In this document: positions 1-9,040 of the stretch, piece after piece
Numbering within the stretch: the first letter of the stretch is position 1
How the letters are laid out: each line of letters opens with the position of its first letter
Virus record (IMG/VR): IMGVR_UViG_3300046660_000488
Span: 186,001 to 250,000 of that record
DNA: 64,000 bases
Strand: one strand, 5' to 3'
Notes under the pieces: model-generated
What the model saw: the letters and a program-made list of their open reading frames with translations, nothing else
Told to the model about the DNA's origin: nothing
Database searches by the model: none
Program-made: the position numbers and the translations under genes

Positions 1-762
1 ATGGTCGCCCAGACTCCCCGCGATTTGATGATCAAAGACATTCGCATCGCACTTGGCGGCACGATTGTCCGCGTCGAACTTGAACGCGAAGAATACGATT
101 ACTGCATCAACGTAGCGTTGGATCGCTACCGCCTGCGGTCCGGTAACGCCGTCGAGGAAAGCTTCACGTTCCTCGACGTTCAGCCGGACACGTCCTTCTA
201 CAAACTGCCTGAAGAGATTCAGGAAGTGCGTGAGGTCTATCGTCGTATCAACGGCAACAGCGGCGGCGCCACCATCGACCCGTTCTCGCTGGCCATGACG
301 CAGAACATCTACATGATCCAGAACCCCGGCGGACTCGGCGGCGGCGGCTCGGGCCAACTGGCGACCTACGATTTCGCCATGCAGTATCAGAAGCTGGTCG
401 GCCGCATGTTTGGCCGAGACCTGACCTTCACGTGGAATGCCTCGACGAAGATGATCAACTTCCACCGCCAGTTCAACGCGGTCGAGCAGGTCGGCCTGCA
501 CGTCTACAACGCCAAGCCGGAAAGCATCCTGCTGGTCGATGTCTACGCCAAGCCGTGGCTGCGTTCCTACGCCATCGCTCAGGCCAAGTACCTTCTGGGT
601 CAGGCCCGTAGCAAGTTCGGTAGCTTCGCTGGTCCGCAAGGCGGCATCACCCTGAACGGCGACGCCCTGAAGTCCGAGGCTCAAGCCGAAATGGACAAGC
701 TGGAAGAAGAGGTCAAGAACCTGATCGACCAGAACATGGGCTACGGCTTCACCATCGGATAA
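1..762 (+). CDS. Neck/head-completion protein, T4 gp13-like
   Basis: C-terminal 'GQARSKFGSFAGPQGGITLNGDALKSEAQAEMDKLEEE' matches the gp13-like neck protein signature (G-[VI]-T-L-N-G followed by an acidic helix). ATG lies at base 1, so the true start could be upstream. Confidence 0.75.
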   Translation: MVAQTPRDLMIKDIRIALGGTIVRVELEREEYDYCINVALDRYRLRSGNAVEESFTFLDVQPDTSFYKLPEEIQEVREVYRRINGNSGGATIDPFSLAMTQNIYMIQNPGGLGGGGSGQLATYDFAMQYQKLVGRMFGRDLTFTWNASTKMINFHRQFNAVEQVGLHVYNAKPESILLVDVYAKPWLRSYAIAQAKYLLGQARSKFGSFAGPQGGITLNGDALKSEAQAEMDKLEEEVKNLIDQNMGYGFTIG

Positions 763-799
763 TATTGTTGTCCATGCTCCGGTACTGTTATGCTGGAGC

Positions 800-1546
800 A
801 TGGACGACAAACATCACCAACTCAAAAAAGACCTCGCAATGCTGGAAGCCATCGACCGCCAATCGTGGTCGCCGGGTCAGCACGCCAAGGACATCGCCCG
901 GCGGGCTGGTGAGGCGTTCCATGGGAGTCTCGCGGCGCTCGGGGCCACGACCAACCGCCGGACGCTGGACACAGGCTTCCAGCACGAAGAAGACCTGTTT
1001 CGTCCGGAGAACATCGACCACGTCGTCTACAGCGTCGTCCGGAACATCGAAGGCGAGTTGAGCGCAGGGATCAGCAACTACCTGCAACGCCTGCCAGCCA
1101 AGACCGTCTACGACTGCACCACCACCATGGGCATGGACAAATTCGTCGATGATCTCACGGTGATTCTCGCTGGCGCGCCCGGCGGGACCGTCGCGCTGAT
1201 CAGCAATGACGTCTACAACGTGGTGCGGACCGCGCGGAAAACGAAATTCGTTTACGAGCCCATGCAGACGGACCAAGTCATCGCCAAGGTCGGGACCATC
1301 CTGAACCGGGGCATTTTCCTCGACCTCAACGCCAAGCGCAACACGCCCGCGTACATCTGCTATCCGGGCTGGATCATGGCGCCGCCAAGAGACCATCTGG
1401 TCGAGTACACCGGCTTGAAGCAATTTGGTCTCGTCGGCCCGGCATGCCACACCTTCGACACCAATTACGCGCCGTCGTTCCACCTCAGCCGCATCACACC
1501 GCTGGGCGTCGAGTTCGATTCACCGAGCGACATCCCGTTCGCCTAA
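800..1546 (+). CDS. Hypothetical protein (248 aa)
   Basis: Long ORF with phage-typical GC3 codon bias, GGAG upstream of ATG; no motif recognised. Confidence 0.7.
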   Translation: MDDKHHQLKKDLAMLEAIDRQSWSPGQHAKDIARRAGEAFHGSLAALGATTNRRTLDTGFQHEEDLFRPENIDHVVYSVVRNIEGELSAGISNYLQRLPAKTVYDCTTTMGMDKFVDDLTVILAGAPGGTVALISNDVYNVVRTARKTKFVYEPMQTDQVIAKVGTILNRGIFLDLNAKRNTPAYICYPGWIMAPPRDHLVEYTGLKQFGLVGPACHTFDTNYAPSFHLSRITPLGVEFDSPSDIPFA

Positions 1547-2253
1547 GCGGCCTTTTCCTTGGCCAGCGAGACGAACATGCGGGCCATGATCCACAGCGTC
1601 TCGTTCTCTTCGATGGTCAGGATGTGGCCGTGTCCACGGCGTTCGTCCTCGTGGATCGACCAGTTGACGCCATGCAGCAATTGCTCAAGGCCCTCAATCT
1701 CCCAATCGTCTATGCGATAGGCGGCGAGGCGCTTGGGGAACCCGTCCAGCAGGGCGCGTAGCTCGTCGAACCGCTTTGGTGTCCGAACGTAGAAACAGCG
1801 CTCGTGCATGTCGCGGTAGGCTGGATCGTCGGCCACACGGAAATCCTTGGGGTACTGGGCGGCGAAGGCTTCGACCGCCTCGATCTCTTTGTGCCCAAGG
1901 CCGTAGATGGCCACGCCGATCCAGTGTAGGTCGTAGAGCCGCATTTCGGCCAGCCAGCGGGGGCCGTCGTTGTAATTAGGGCGTCCGGTCGTCCAATAGG
2001 TCAAGACATGGTCCGGCATCTGCATGCCGCTGCGAACGTGGGGACGGTGGACGCCATGCTTGTGGAAGAACGCCCAATTGCGAGCGCGTTCCTTGCGATA
2101 GATGCCCGCCATGTGCTTGCGGAACCGGGCACTCTCGGGGTTGCGCTTGTCGAGCAGGTCGTTGGGGTCATAGGGAGGCGGTGGCGGATGCCACGTCACC
2201 TTCCAGACATGCGTATATGTTGCAATGGGATTGACCGCCATGTAGACGGTCAA
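1543..2253 (-). CDS. Hypothetical protein (236 aa)
   Basis: Long ORF, converges on the previous gene with a 4-nt stop overlap; no motif recognised. Confidence 0.65.
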   Translation of the reverse strand: MTVYMAVNPIATYTHVWKVTWHPPPPPYDPNDLLDKRNPESARFRKHMAGIYRKERARNWAFFHKHGVHRPHVRSGMQMPDHVLTYWTTGRPNYNDGPRWLAEMRLYDLHWIGVAIYGLGHKEIEAVEAFAAQYPKDFRVADDPAYRDMHERCFYVRTPKRFDELRALLDGFPKRLAAYRIDDWEIEGLEQLLHGVNWSIHEDERRGHGHILTIEENETLWIMARMFVSLAKEKAA

Positions 2254-2283
2254 AGCATTTCAAGTAGAGATTGTCAAGGCTGC

Positions 2284-2955
2284 TTATCCGCGCGCGTACA
2301 CGCGATTGCGATCAGCGAATTTCTTCGACATCATGATCTCGCCGCCGAGCGATTCCACGTGCTTGGCGTACGCGACTGCTTCTTCGGTGGTGGGGAAATC
2401 GGCCCACGTGTTCCAAGCGCCGCCCAGAAGGCCGGTGTGGCGCGCGTTGAACTGGTCTTGAGCGATACCGCAGAGGTTCCGCAGGGCGGGGTTGCCGGTG
2501 GGACCTTCCTCGTCTGCACTTTCGAGGTCGATGGTGCGCTTCTTCATGTTGCCCAGATCGACCGTGCGCTTGCGGACAACGTCGAGACCGACAGCACGCT
2601 GCATGGGAGGACCCAAATCGGCGGTGACACCACCAAGTGTTCCTTCCTGCTCGGCTCGGGCCTGTGCAGCGGCATCAGCGTAGTTGTTGTTGAAATCGGC
2701 ATCTTGCTTGGTCACACCGACCTGATTACCACCGCCACGGTGATAGTCCAGTGCTTCCTTGCCAGCCGGAATAGCAGCGCCAGCCAGAGCGCCCATCGCT
2801 GCGGCGCCGATGGCCAGATCGCGCCATTTGCCCTCGTCAGTTCGACCCCAGCGAGCGAAGCCCTCGAAGACCGGCAGGCCGTGCTCAACCGGACCAAATT
2901 CCTTGGCGTTCTCAATGTTGTCGAGCAGGTTACGCATGTCGTCGCTGCGGTTCAT
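2284..2955 (-). CDS. Hypothetical late protein with one hydrophobic segment; candidate virion/internal head protein
   Basis: Preceded by TAAATA (2980-2985, minus) and GGAG RBS; N-terminus 'DMRNLLDNIENA'; hydrophobic stretch 'LAIGAAAMGALAGAAIPAG'. Confidence 0.7.
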   Translation of the reverse strand: MNRSDDMRNLLDNIENAKEFGPVEHGLPVFEGFARWGRTDEGKWRDLAIGAAAMGALAGAAIPAGKEALDYHRGGGNQVGVTKQDADFNNNYADAAAQARAEQEGTLGGVTADLGPPMQRAVGLDVVRKRTVDLGNMKKRTIDLESADEEGPTGNPALRNLCGIAQDQFNARHTGLLGGAWNTWADFPTTEEAVAYAKHVESLGGEIMMSKKFADRNRVYARG

Positions 2956-2979
2956 CGGGTGTCTCCACTATAGGTACAG

Positions 2980-2985
2980 TATTTA
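2980..2985 (-). promoter_or_regulatory. T4-like late promoter core TAAATA
   Basis: TAAATA in an AT-rich divergent intergenic gap, 24 nt upstream of the 2955 start. Confidence 0.6.
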
Positions 2986-3040
2986 GCAAGCCCTTCTGGA
3001 ACCTATGCTTCTCGGAACAAATCGACATAAAAGCACCAGA

Positions 3041-3046
3041 TAAATA
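3041..3046 (+). promoter_or_regulatory. T4-like late promoter core TAAATA
   Basis: TAAATA 23 nt upstream of the HtrL-like ATG, GGAGG RBS between them. Confidence 0.6.
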
Positions 3047-3069
3047 TACTCACTTCTGGAGGCTTTTCT

Positions 3070-3900
3070 ATGAGCGATATTTCTATTGTTACGGCGTTCT
3101 TCGACATCGGCCGTGGGAACTGGACGCAGGCCATGGAGCAGCGCGGTGGTCCACTTCCGCACTACCTTGAGCGCAGCAACGACACCTACATCGACCGGTT
3201 CTCGCACCTCGCGACGCTCGACAACGACCTGACGATCTTCACGACCTACCAGTTCGCGGGCAAAATCCAGCAACTGCGCGACGAGCGCGGGCTGACCGAC
3301 AAGACCAAGGTGGTCATCGTTGACCTGAACGACTGGGCCGAACGCCGCGCGCAGATTCGCGCCGTCATGGACGACCCCGAGTTCCCGGCAAAAATCAACC
3401 CGCAACAAATCCGCAACCCGGAATACTGGTCGGAAGACTACGTGCTGGTGATGTCACTGAAATCCCATTTCGTGGCCGAGGCCATCGAGCACGGCTACGC
3501 CAAGAACGACACCGTGGCGTGGATCGACTTCGGCTACTGCCGCGACGCTGCGGCGCTGGGCGGCGCGACGAAGTGGTCGTACGATTTCGACCCCGAGAAA
3601 ATCCACCTGTTCAACACCAAGGATTTCCCGAAGGACGACCCGAACGCATTGGTCACCCACGCGGTGGTCAACAACGATCCGATCATCCTTGGCGCGGCCA
3701 TCGTCGCCAACAAGGATCACTGGCGCCCGCTGTCGGAGAGCATGCAGGACAGCCTGACCATGCTGATCAACCAAGGCGTCGTCGATGACGATCAGAGCCT
3801 GTGGCTGATCTGCTACTTCGGCGGTCCGGAGCACTTCGAGCTTCACCCGATCAACTACCAAGATGCGTTCATCGTCTTCCGAGACTTCAACGACAAATGA
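3070..3900 (+). CDS. HtrL/YibB (WlaTC)-family putative glycosyltransferase
   Basis: Family-typical 'ISIVTAFFDIGRGNW...YLERSNDTY...F..LATLDNDLTIFT', 'NPEYWSEDYVLVM..KSHFV', 'AWIDFGYCR' and 'DDDQSLW'. Confidence 0.8.
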   Translation: MSDISIVTAFFDIGRGNWTQAMEQRGGPLPHYLERSNDTYIDRFSHLATLDNDLTIFTTYQFAGKIQQLRDERGLTDKTKVVIVDLNDWAERRAQIRAVMDDPEFPAKINPQQIRNPEYWSEDYVLVMSLKSHFVAEAIEHGYAKNDTVAWIDFGYCRDAAALGGATKWSYDFDPEKIHLFNTKDFPKDDPNALVTHAVVNNDPIILGAAIVANKDHWRPLSESMQDSLTMLINQGVVDDDQSLWLICYFGGPEHFELHPINYQDAFIVFRDFNDK

Positions 3901-4661
3901 AGATCATCCTCGACTGCACTGCCAACCTTGGTGATTTCCTGAATGCCATGCCGGTGCTGTCGGGTATCGCCAAGACCTGTGGCCTGATCGACTTCACGAT
4001 CCGCGATGACATGTCGAAGTTCACGGGGATCAAAGAATTCCTGATGTTCCAAGGCATCTTCTCGGACGTGCGGTTCATCAGCGAGCGAGCCGCAGTCGGG
4101 GACCTGACCTTCCACGCCAACATCAGCAGTTGGACCCGCGAGGACAAGGCCAACGACGACCGGCCGACCGAAACCTGCCGCTACGAAAACTGGATGCGGG
4201 ACCACTTCCCGCATATCCCGTTCGAGGTGGACGACAAGTTCGAGATCAAGGCGCCGGTCTATGTCGATGTGCCGATCATGGACGGATTCTACGCGGGCGA
4301 CCGCTGGCATCACAAGACCGATCCGCGCCGCCGCGAGAACATCATTTCGCACCTCGACGGATGTCACTTCCTCGATTTCACCCAGCCTCTGCTGGTGAAC
4401 GCCTACATCATCAAGAACAGCACCAAGCCGTTCGTGTCCTGCTTCACTGGCGTCGGCATCCTGTCCGACCTCATGAACAAAGAGACCTACATCGTCTGGA
4501 AGCCCGAAGACTTCAACGAAGAATTCAGGCGAGGTGACGACAACATATGGTGGGACAACAAAGATATTCACCAAGTTTTCCGAAAACACTATTATGGGGA
4601 TCGGAAATCTACTCTCGTGCTCGCGCGGGACGCCAACAAAGTCATCTGGGGCCGCGAATGA
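3897..4661 (+). CDS. Putative GT9 (ADP-heptose:LPS heptosyltransferase)-like glycosyltransferase
   Basis: ATGA overlap with the previous stop; N-terminal 'NLGDFLNAMPVLSGI' resembles the GT9 '(I/L)GD....P' motif; 'FVSCFTGVGILSDL' resembles the GT9 'D(S/T)G..HLA' region. Confidence 0.5.
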   Translation: MKIILDCTANLGDFLNAMPVLSGIAKTCGLIDFTIRDDMSKFTGIKEFLMFQGIFSDVRFISERAAVGDLTFHANISSWTREDKANDDRPTETCRYENWMRDHFPHIPFEVDDKFEIKAPVYVDVPIMDGFYAGDRWHHKTDPRRRENIISHLDGCHFLDFTQPLLVNAYIIKNSTKPFVSCFTGVGILSDLMNKETYIVWKPEDFNEEFRRGDDNIWWDNKDIHQVFRKHYYGDRKSTLVLARDANKVIWGRE

Positions 4662-5188
4662 GCTATCTACCGAGTCTGATCCACGACAAGCGAGTGATCC
4701 ACGAAATGGTGCAGATCGCGGGCGCGACGCCCGAAGGCTGCATCGTCGAGGTCGGCGTCTACCAAGGCGGTAGCGCCTCGTACCTGACAGAACTGGCCGA
4801 GAAACAAGGTCGGCAGATTTTCCTCTACGACACCTTCGAAGGCATGCCGGTGTCCGGTGAGCACGACATGCACCCGGTGGGCGATTTCGCCGACACCAGC
4901 TTCGAGAAGGTGCGCGACGCACTGCCCTACGCCACGGTGACCAAGGGGTTCTTCCCCGACAGCGCCATCGACATGCCCGACGTGGCCTTCGTCCATATCG
5001 ATGTGGACCAGTACCAGTGCTACGTGGACTGCATCAACTATTTCAGCCCTCGGATGGTCAAGGGCGGCGTGATGTGGTTCGACGATTACGAGTTGAAGGG
5101 TGCACAGATGGCCGTTGACGAACTCATCGGCAAGGAAAACACCATCGCGGCTGCTTGCGGCCACCACAAACGCTACAAGATTTTCTAA
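4658..5188 (+). CDS. TylF/MycF-family (macrocin-type) SAM-dependent O-methyltransferase
   Basis: ATGA coupling at 4658; 'GCIVEVGVYQGGS', 'LYDTFEGMP', 'KGFFPDS', 'AFVHIDVDQY', 'GGVMWFDDY' are TylF-family motifs. Confidence 0.85.
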   Translation: MSYLPSLIHDKRVIHEMVQIAGATPEGCIVEVGVYQGGSASYLTELAEKQGRQIFLYDTFEGMPVSGEHDMHPVGDFADTSFEKVRDALPYATVTKGFFPDSAIDMPDVAFVHIDVDQYQCYVDCINYFSPRMVKGGVMWFDDYELKGAQMAVDELIGKENTIAAACGHHKRYKIF

Positions 5189-5198
5189 GAGATACTTC

Positions 5199-5690
5199 AT
5201 GGACATTGTTGAATACAAGGGAGTGGCCTACCCTGAATTTCAGGCCAAGGGGTTTTCGTCGCAATTTGCGTTCCCGTTCGCCGCACATTTCTGCAAGGGC
5301 GACGGCTTCGACATCGGCTGCAACCGGCTGGAGTGGGCTTTCCCCGGCGCCCAGCCCATCGACCTGAACTTCGACGACGAGTTCGAGGCCTATAATCTGC
5401 CTGACCGTCAGGTGGATTACATCTTTTCGAGCCACTGTCTGGAGCACCTTCCCGACTGGACGAAGGCTCTCGACCACTGGCATGAGCGTCTGAAGGTCGG
5501 CGGGACGATGTTCCTCTACCTGCCGCACTACGATCAGGCCTACTGGCGTCCGTGGAACAACCGCAAGCACCTGCACGTGTTCACGGCCGAGATCATCGCC
5601 GACTGGCTGCGTGACCACGGCTACGTCAACGTCTTCGCCTCCGGGCGCGACCTGAACCACTCGTTCATGGTGGTGGGGGAGAAAGCCTGA
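5199..5690 (+). CDS. Class I SAM-dependent methyltransferase (Methyltransf_11-like)
   Basis: 'GFDIGC', 'DYIFSSHCLEHLPDW', 'LKVGGTMFLYLPH'. Confidence 0.8.
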   Translation: MDIVEYKGVAYPEFQAKGFSSQFAFPFAAHFCKGDGFDIGCNRLEWAFPGAQPIDLNFDDEFEAYNLPDRQVDYIFSSHCLEHLPDWTKALDHWHERLKVGGTMFLYLPHYDQAYWRPWNNRKHLHVFTAEIIADWLRDHGYVNVFASGRDLNHSFMVVGEKA

Positions 5691-5935
5691 TGTGGAAAGA
5701 CGTCAAGCCCAAGCCGGTCGCTGCACCGGCCAAGCCCTACGTGATCCGTTCGATCACGGTGAAATCGAGCTTCAAGCGGTGAAGCGTTTCGCCCCCATCG
5801 TGGCCTCGATTTTCCTGATCGCGGCCAACCCCGTGGCGTGGGTCACCTACCCGCTTTTGATCGCCTGCAAACACCTGTACGTTCGGCCGCGATAGGCTGT
5901 TGCCATATCTGGTAAACCAGATTAAGCATCATCGC

Positions 5936-6478
5936 ATGTACCGTTACGACAGCACCTGTTCATGTCCCCCGCCCCCGGCGCCGAAGATGACCACCACGGT
6001 CACGCGCACCGATCTGTTCATCGCGTTCGACAAGGCCGAAGCCTTCTACACGGCCGCGTTCGAGCAGGACAAGCTCGACCATGAGACCACGGTCAGCAAG
6101 GCCTACAAGGACTATCAGAAGCGATTGAAAGAGCGCAAGGATGCTCTGAAAGCTGAGATCGCTCGGCTTTTGGCCGCGCCCATCGTGATTCGCGACAAAT
6201 TCCTGTGGTTCAAGGCGAAGACCCGGACGCGGACGCAGGAAGAAGCTGAATCGGATGCGAAGGCTGGCCTTCATCGGCTGTTCTATCCGATGGGTCCGTT
6301 CCAGAAACCGAAGCTGTATTCCTCGAACCAGCATCGCCTCACGCGCGTGCAGGAAATGCGCGCGGCGTCGCTCTGCGATGGCTTCGACACCTTCACCCTG
6401 CCGGAGAATGACATGGTTCTGCTCAGCAATGCAGAGGCCATCGCCGAGGCCACGCCTGAGCCCGAGACTGCCGAATGA
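5936..6478 (+). CDS. Hypothetical protein, paralog family A copy 1
   Basis: Start taken at ATG 5936; shares N- and C-terminal motifs with the next two ORFs. Confidence 0.7.
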   Translation: MYRYDSTCSCPPPPAPKMTTTVTRTDLFIAFDKAEAFYTAAFEQDKLDHETTVSKAYKDYQKRLKERKDALKAEIARLLAAPIVIRDKFLWFKAKTRTRTQEEAESDAKAGLHRLFYPMGPFQKPKLYSSNQHRLTRVQEMRAASLCDGFDTFTLPENDMVLLSNAEAIAEATPEPETAE

Positions 6479-7032
6479 GCGGGATCAACCAAACCGGCTT
6501 CACGGCCGAGATCAGCCGTGTGGCGCTCATCGAACGTCTGGAGATCGCCGCCAAGGCGTATCGGACGAAGCACGACGAATTCAAGGCTGCGTGGGTCGCG
6601 AGAAATGAAGAATCGCTCGCCAAGCAAAAAGTCAATGCAGAGCGCACCCGCCCCATCCACGATGCGGCGAAAGCAGCCTTCATCGCCGAGCGTCTGAAAG
6701 ACGACGTGATGATTCCGGGTTGCCATTCGTGGATGAGGCCGACGCCTCGCAAGAAAACGTTGAAGGAAGCCACGGACGGTTGGTATCAGGAATGGCGTCG
6801 TCTCTGCGAAGAAGACAGCACCCTCTGTTACAGCTTCGAACAAATGCCATACTTTCCTGATGGCGAAGCAATGTGGAAGTCGATCTTCGAGGATGGTCGA
6901 GGCCATCGGCATCACAACTTGCAGTGTGCTGATCGCTGTGACGCTCTTCTGAAACTCGCCGTGGACGAAGACTTGATCAACATCCGCCTCGACGAGCACG
7001 ACATCAAATTGATCAACATGGCTTGGGATTGA
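6475..7032 (+). CDS. Hypothetical protein, paralog family A copy 2
   Basis: ATGA overlap with previous gene; C-terminus 'LLKLAVDEDLINIRLDEHDIKLI'. Confidence 0.7.
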   Translation: MSGINQTGFTAEISRVALIERLEIAAKAYRTKHDEFKAAWVARNEESLAKQKVNAERTRPIHDAAKAAFIAERLKDDVMIPGCHSWMRPTPRKKTLKEATDGWYQEWRRLCEEDSTLCYSFEQMPYFPDGEAMWKSIFEDGRGHRHHNLQCADRCDALLKLAVDEDLINIRLDEHDIKLINMAWD

Positions 7033-7038
7033 AGACCA

Positions 7039-7413
7039 ATGGCCCACAATGACAAGCCTCCGGTCACCGCCGAGATCGACCGGTGCACCCTGCTCGACCG
7101 GTCCACGGCCGTCGCCGCGCACTATCAGGCCATCGTCGATGACGAGCAAGCCGCGAGGAAAGAGCGTGAGGCCATCGAGCGGGAAGAGGGCATCCAGCGC
7201 CGGATGACGTTCTGTTTCTTCTTCAAGCGCTCGCGAGAGAAAGCCGAGGCCATTTACCTGCGGGAGGAAGGGCGCTGGTTGGGCCACAATTGGCCGACCT
7301 CAGCGCAGTACCGCCTGAGCCGCGCTGAATCGCTCATTCGGATGGCGAGCGATGAAACGCTGACCTCCATCCGCATCCCCGAAAACGACATCTACCTGTT
7401 GAACGTCGAGTAG
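7039..7413 (+). CDS. Hypothetical protein, paralog family A copy 3
   Basis: C-terminus 'LIRMASDETLTSIRIPENDIYLL'. Confidence 0.7.
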   Translation: MAHNDKPPVTAEIDRCTLLDRSTAVAAHYQAIVDDEQAARKEREAIEREEGIQRRMTFCFFFKRSREKAEAIYLREEGRWLGHNWPTSAQYRLSRAESLIRMASDETLTSIRIPENDIYLLNVE

Positions 7414-7417
7414 CACC

Positions 7418-8725
7418 ATGAGTGACGAAATCCCCGCAGGCGACCACCGCCGCATCGGTCGCGAACTCGACCTGTTCCACCTGCAAGAAGAGGCCTCGGG
7501 GTCGGTCTTCTGGCACGAGCGCGGCCACACGCTGTTCCGCACGGTCGAAAACTACATCCGCACCCGGCTGGCCAATGCGGGCTACGGCGAGGTCAAGACG
7601 CCCCAACTCTACAGCCAGTCGCTGTTCAAGGCGTCGGGTCACATGGACATGTACGGAGACGCGATCTTCCAGACCGGCGGGGCCTTCATTCCGGAAGAGA
7701 TTCGCTACAATCCCATGGGTCCGGATGATCCGGGCATAACCACGGTGAAGGGCGATCCTCTCGTCCATCCGACTCACGCGCTGAAGCCGATGAACTGCCC
7801 CGGCCACGTTCAGATTTTCAAGGCCGATACCGTCAGCTATCGCCAGCTTCCGTGGCGTATGGCCGAGTTTGGCTGCTGTCACCGCAACGAGCCGTCCGGT
7901 TCGATCCACGGCATCATGCGCGTCCGCCAGTTCACGCAGGATGACGCCCACATCTTCTGCACCGAAGAGCAGGTGGCCGAAGAGACGAAGGCGTTCTGCG
8001 AATTGCTGCTGAGCGTCTATCGCGACTTCGGCTTCACCGACATCGAGATCGGTTTCTCGACCCGGCCGGACGTGCGCGCCGGGACGGACGAGGTCTGGGA
8101 CAAGGCTGAAGAAGCGCTGGCAACCGCCGTCAAGGCGGCGGGCCTGATCTACAAGCTCCAGCCCGGTGAGGGCGCGTTCTACGGCCCCAAGCTGGAATTT
8201 GCGCTGCTGGACAACCGTGGCCGTCGCTGGCAGTGCGGGACGATCCAACTGGATTTCGTCCTTCCCAAGCGTCTGGGCGCCGAGTATGTCGGCCCCGACA
8301 ACGTCGAGCGCCAGCCGGTCATGCTGCATCGGGCAATCCTCGGGTCGCTGGAACGCTTCATCGGCATCCTGCTCGAAAACTACGAGGGCAAGCTTCCCGC
8401 GTGGCTGGCCCCGCAGCAGGTCGTCGTCGTCTCCATCAAGCCGGAGACGAACGATTACGCCAAGGAAGTGTTCGAAACGCTTAAGGGCATGTGGGTCCGC
8501 CCGATCCTTGACATCCGCGACGAGAACGTATCGCAGAAGATCAAGGAGCACAGCGAAATGGCGATCCCCTACATCGTGGCGGTCGGCCCGCGTGACGAGG
8601 ACAACCGCACCATCGCGATCCGCAAGCTGGGCGACAAGAAACCCACGGACTACGAGCTTTTCGAAGGCTGCGGCATGATCGAGGAAGATTGCTTCCCGAT
8701 GGAGCTTCGGAAACACAACTGGTAA
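7418..8725 (+). CDS. thrS: Threonyl-tRNA synthetase, catalytic plus anticodon-binding domains only (no TGS/editing domain)
   Basis: 'DHRRIGRELDLF', 'ALKPMNCPGH', 'AEFGCCHRNEPSG..HGIMRVRQFTQDDAHIF', 'GEGAFYGPK', 'WQCGTIQLDF', 'MLHRAILGSLERFIGILLE', 'LPAWLAPQQV'. Confidence 0.95.
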   Translation: MSDEIPAGDHRRIGRELDLFHLQEEASGSVFWHERGHTLFRTVENYIRTRLANAGYGEVKTPQLYSQSLFKASGHMDMYGDAIFQTGGAFIPEEIRYNPMGPDDPGITTVKGDPLVHPTHALKPMNCPGHVQIFKADTVSYRQLPWRMAEFGCCHRNEPSGSIHGIMRVRQFTQDDAHIFCTEEQVAEETKAFCELLLSVYRDFGFTDIEIGFSTRPDVRAGTDEVWDKAEEALATAVKAAGLIYKLQPGEGAFYGPKLEFALLDNRGRRWQCGTIQLDFVLPKRLGAEYVGPDNVERQPVMLHRAILGSLERFIGILLENYEGKLPAWLAPQQVVVVSIKPETNDYAKEVFETLKGMWVRPILDIRDENVSQKIKEHSEMAIPYIVAVGPRDEDNRTIAIRKLGDKKPTDYELFEGCGMIEEDCFPMELRKHNW

Positions 8726-8767
8726 TTCTGGTTGACCAAAACACAGGTCATAGGGTAGAGGTAGCGT

Positions 8768-9028
8768 GTGCCTAAGATTCAGACTGACGACTGGGATTCG
8801 ATGGATGGCTACTACGACTGGAGCCAAGAACCACCGAAGCCCGTAAAGCCGGTTTTTTGGACCGACGACAAGGTCGAAATTCTGAGAAGGTGGTGGTTGT
8901 GGGGTGTCAGAACCGTCGTGATCGCCAGCGAATTGGGCACGACGAAAAACGCTGTGATCGGTAAGGGCACTCGAATTGGCCTGACCGGTCTCCACGGATC
9001 GGAACCCCGGCCCGCGCAAATCTATTGA
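8768..9028 (+). CDS. gcrA: GcrA-like cell-cycle regulator (HTH domain)
   Basis: 'WTDDKVEILRRWW..G.....IASELGTTKNAVIGKGTRIGL' matches the GcrA N-terminal HTH (WT.E.V..L..LW..G.S...IA..LG.VTRNAVIGK.HRLGL). GTG start with GAGG RBS. Confidence 0.75.
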   Translation: MPKIQTDDWDSMDGYYDWSQEPPKPVKPVFWTDDKVEILRRWWLWGVRTVVIASELGTTKNAVIGKGTRIGLTGLHGSEPRPAQIY

Positions 9029-9040
9029 AGGAAGTGGGCC

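Noticed and set aside
5690-5895. Two tiny coupled ORFs (5690-5782, 5779-5895)
   Set aside because: Plausible by overlap pattern but too short to support from sequence alone.
7334-9019. 561-aa minus-strand ORF over thrS, and similar antisense ORFs over ileS (35180-37300) and 47943-49475
   Set aside because: They lie exactly antisense to well-supported genes and have no independent motifs.
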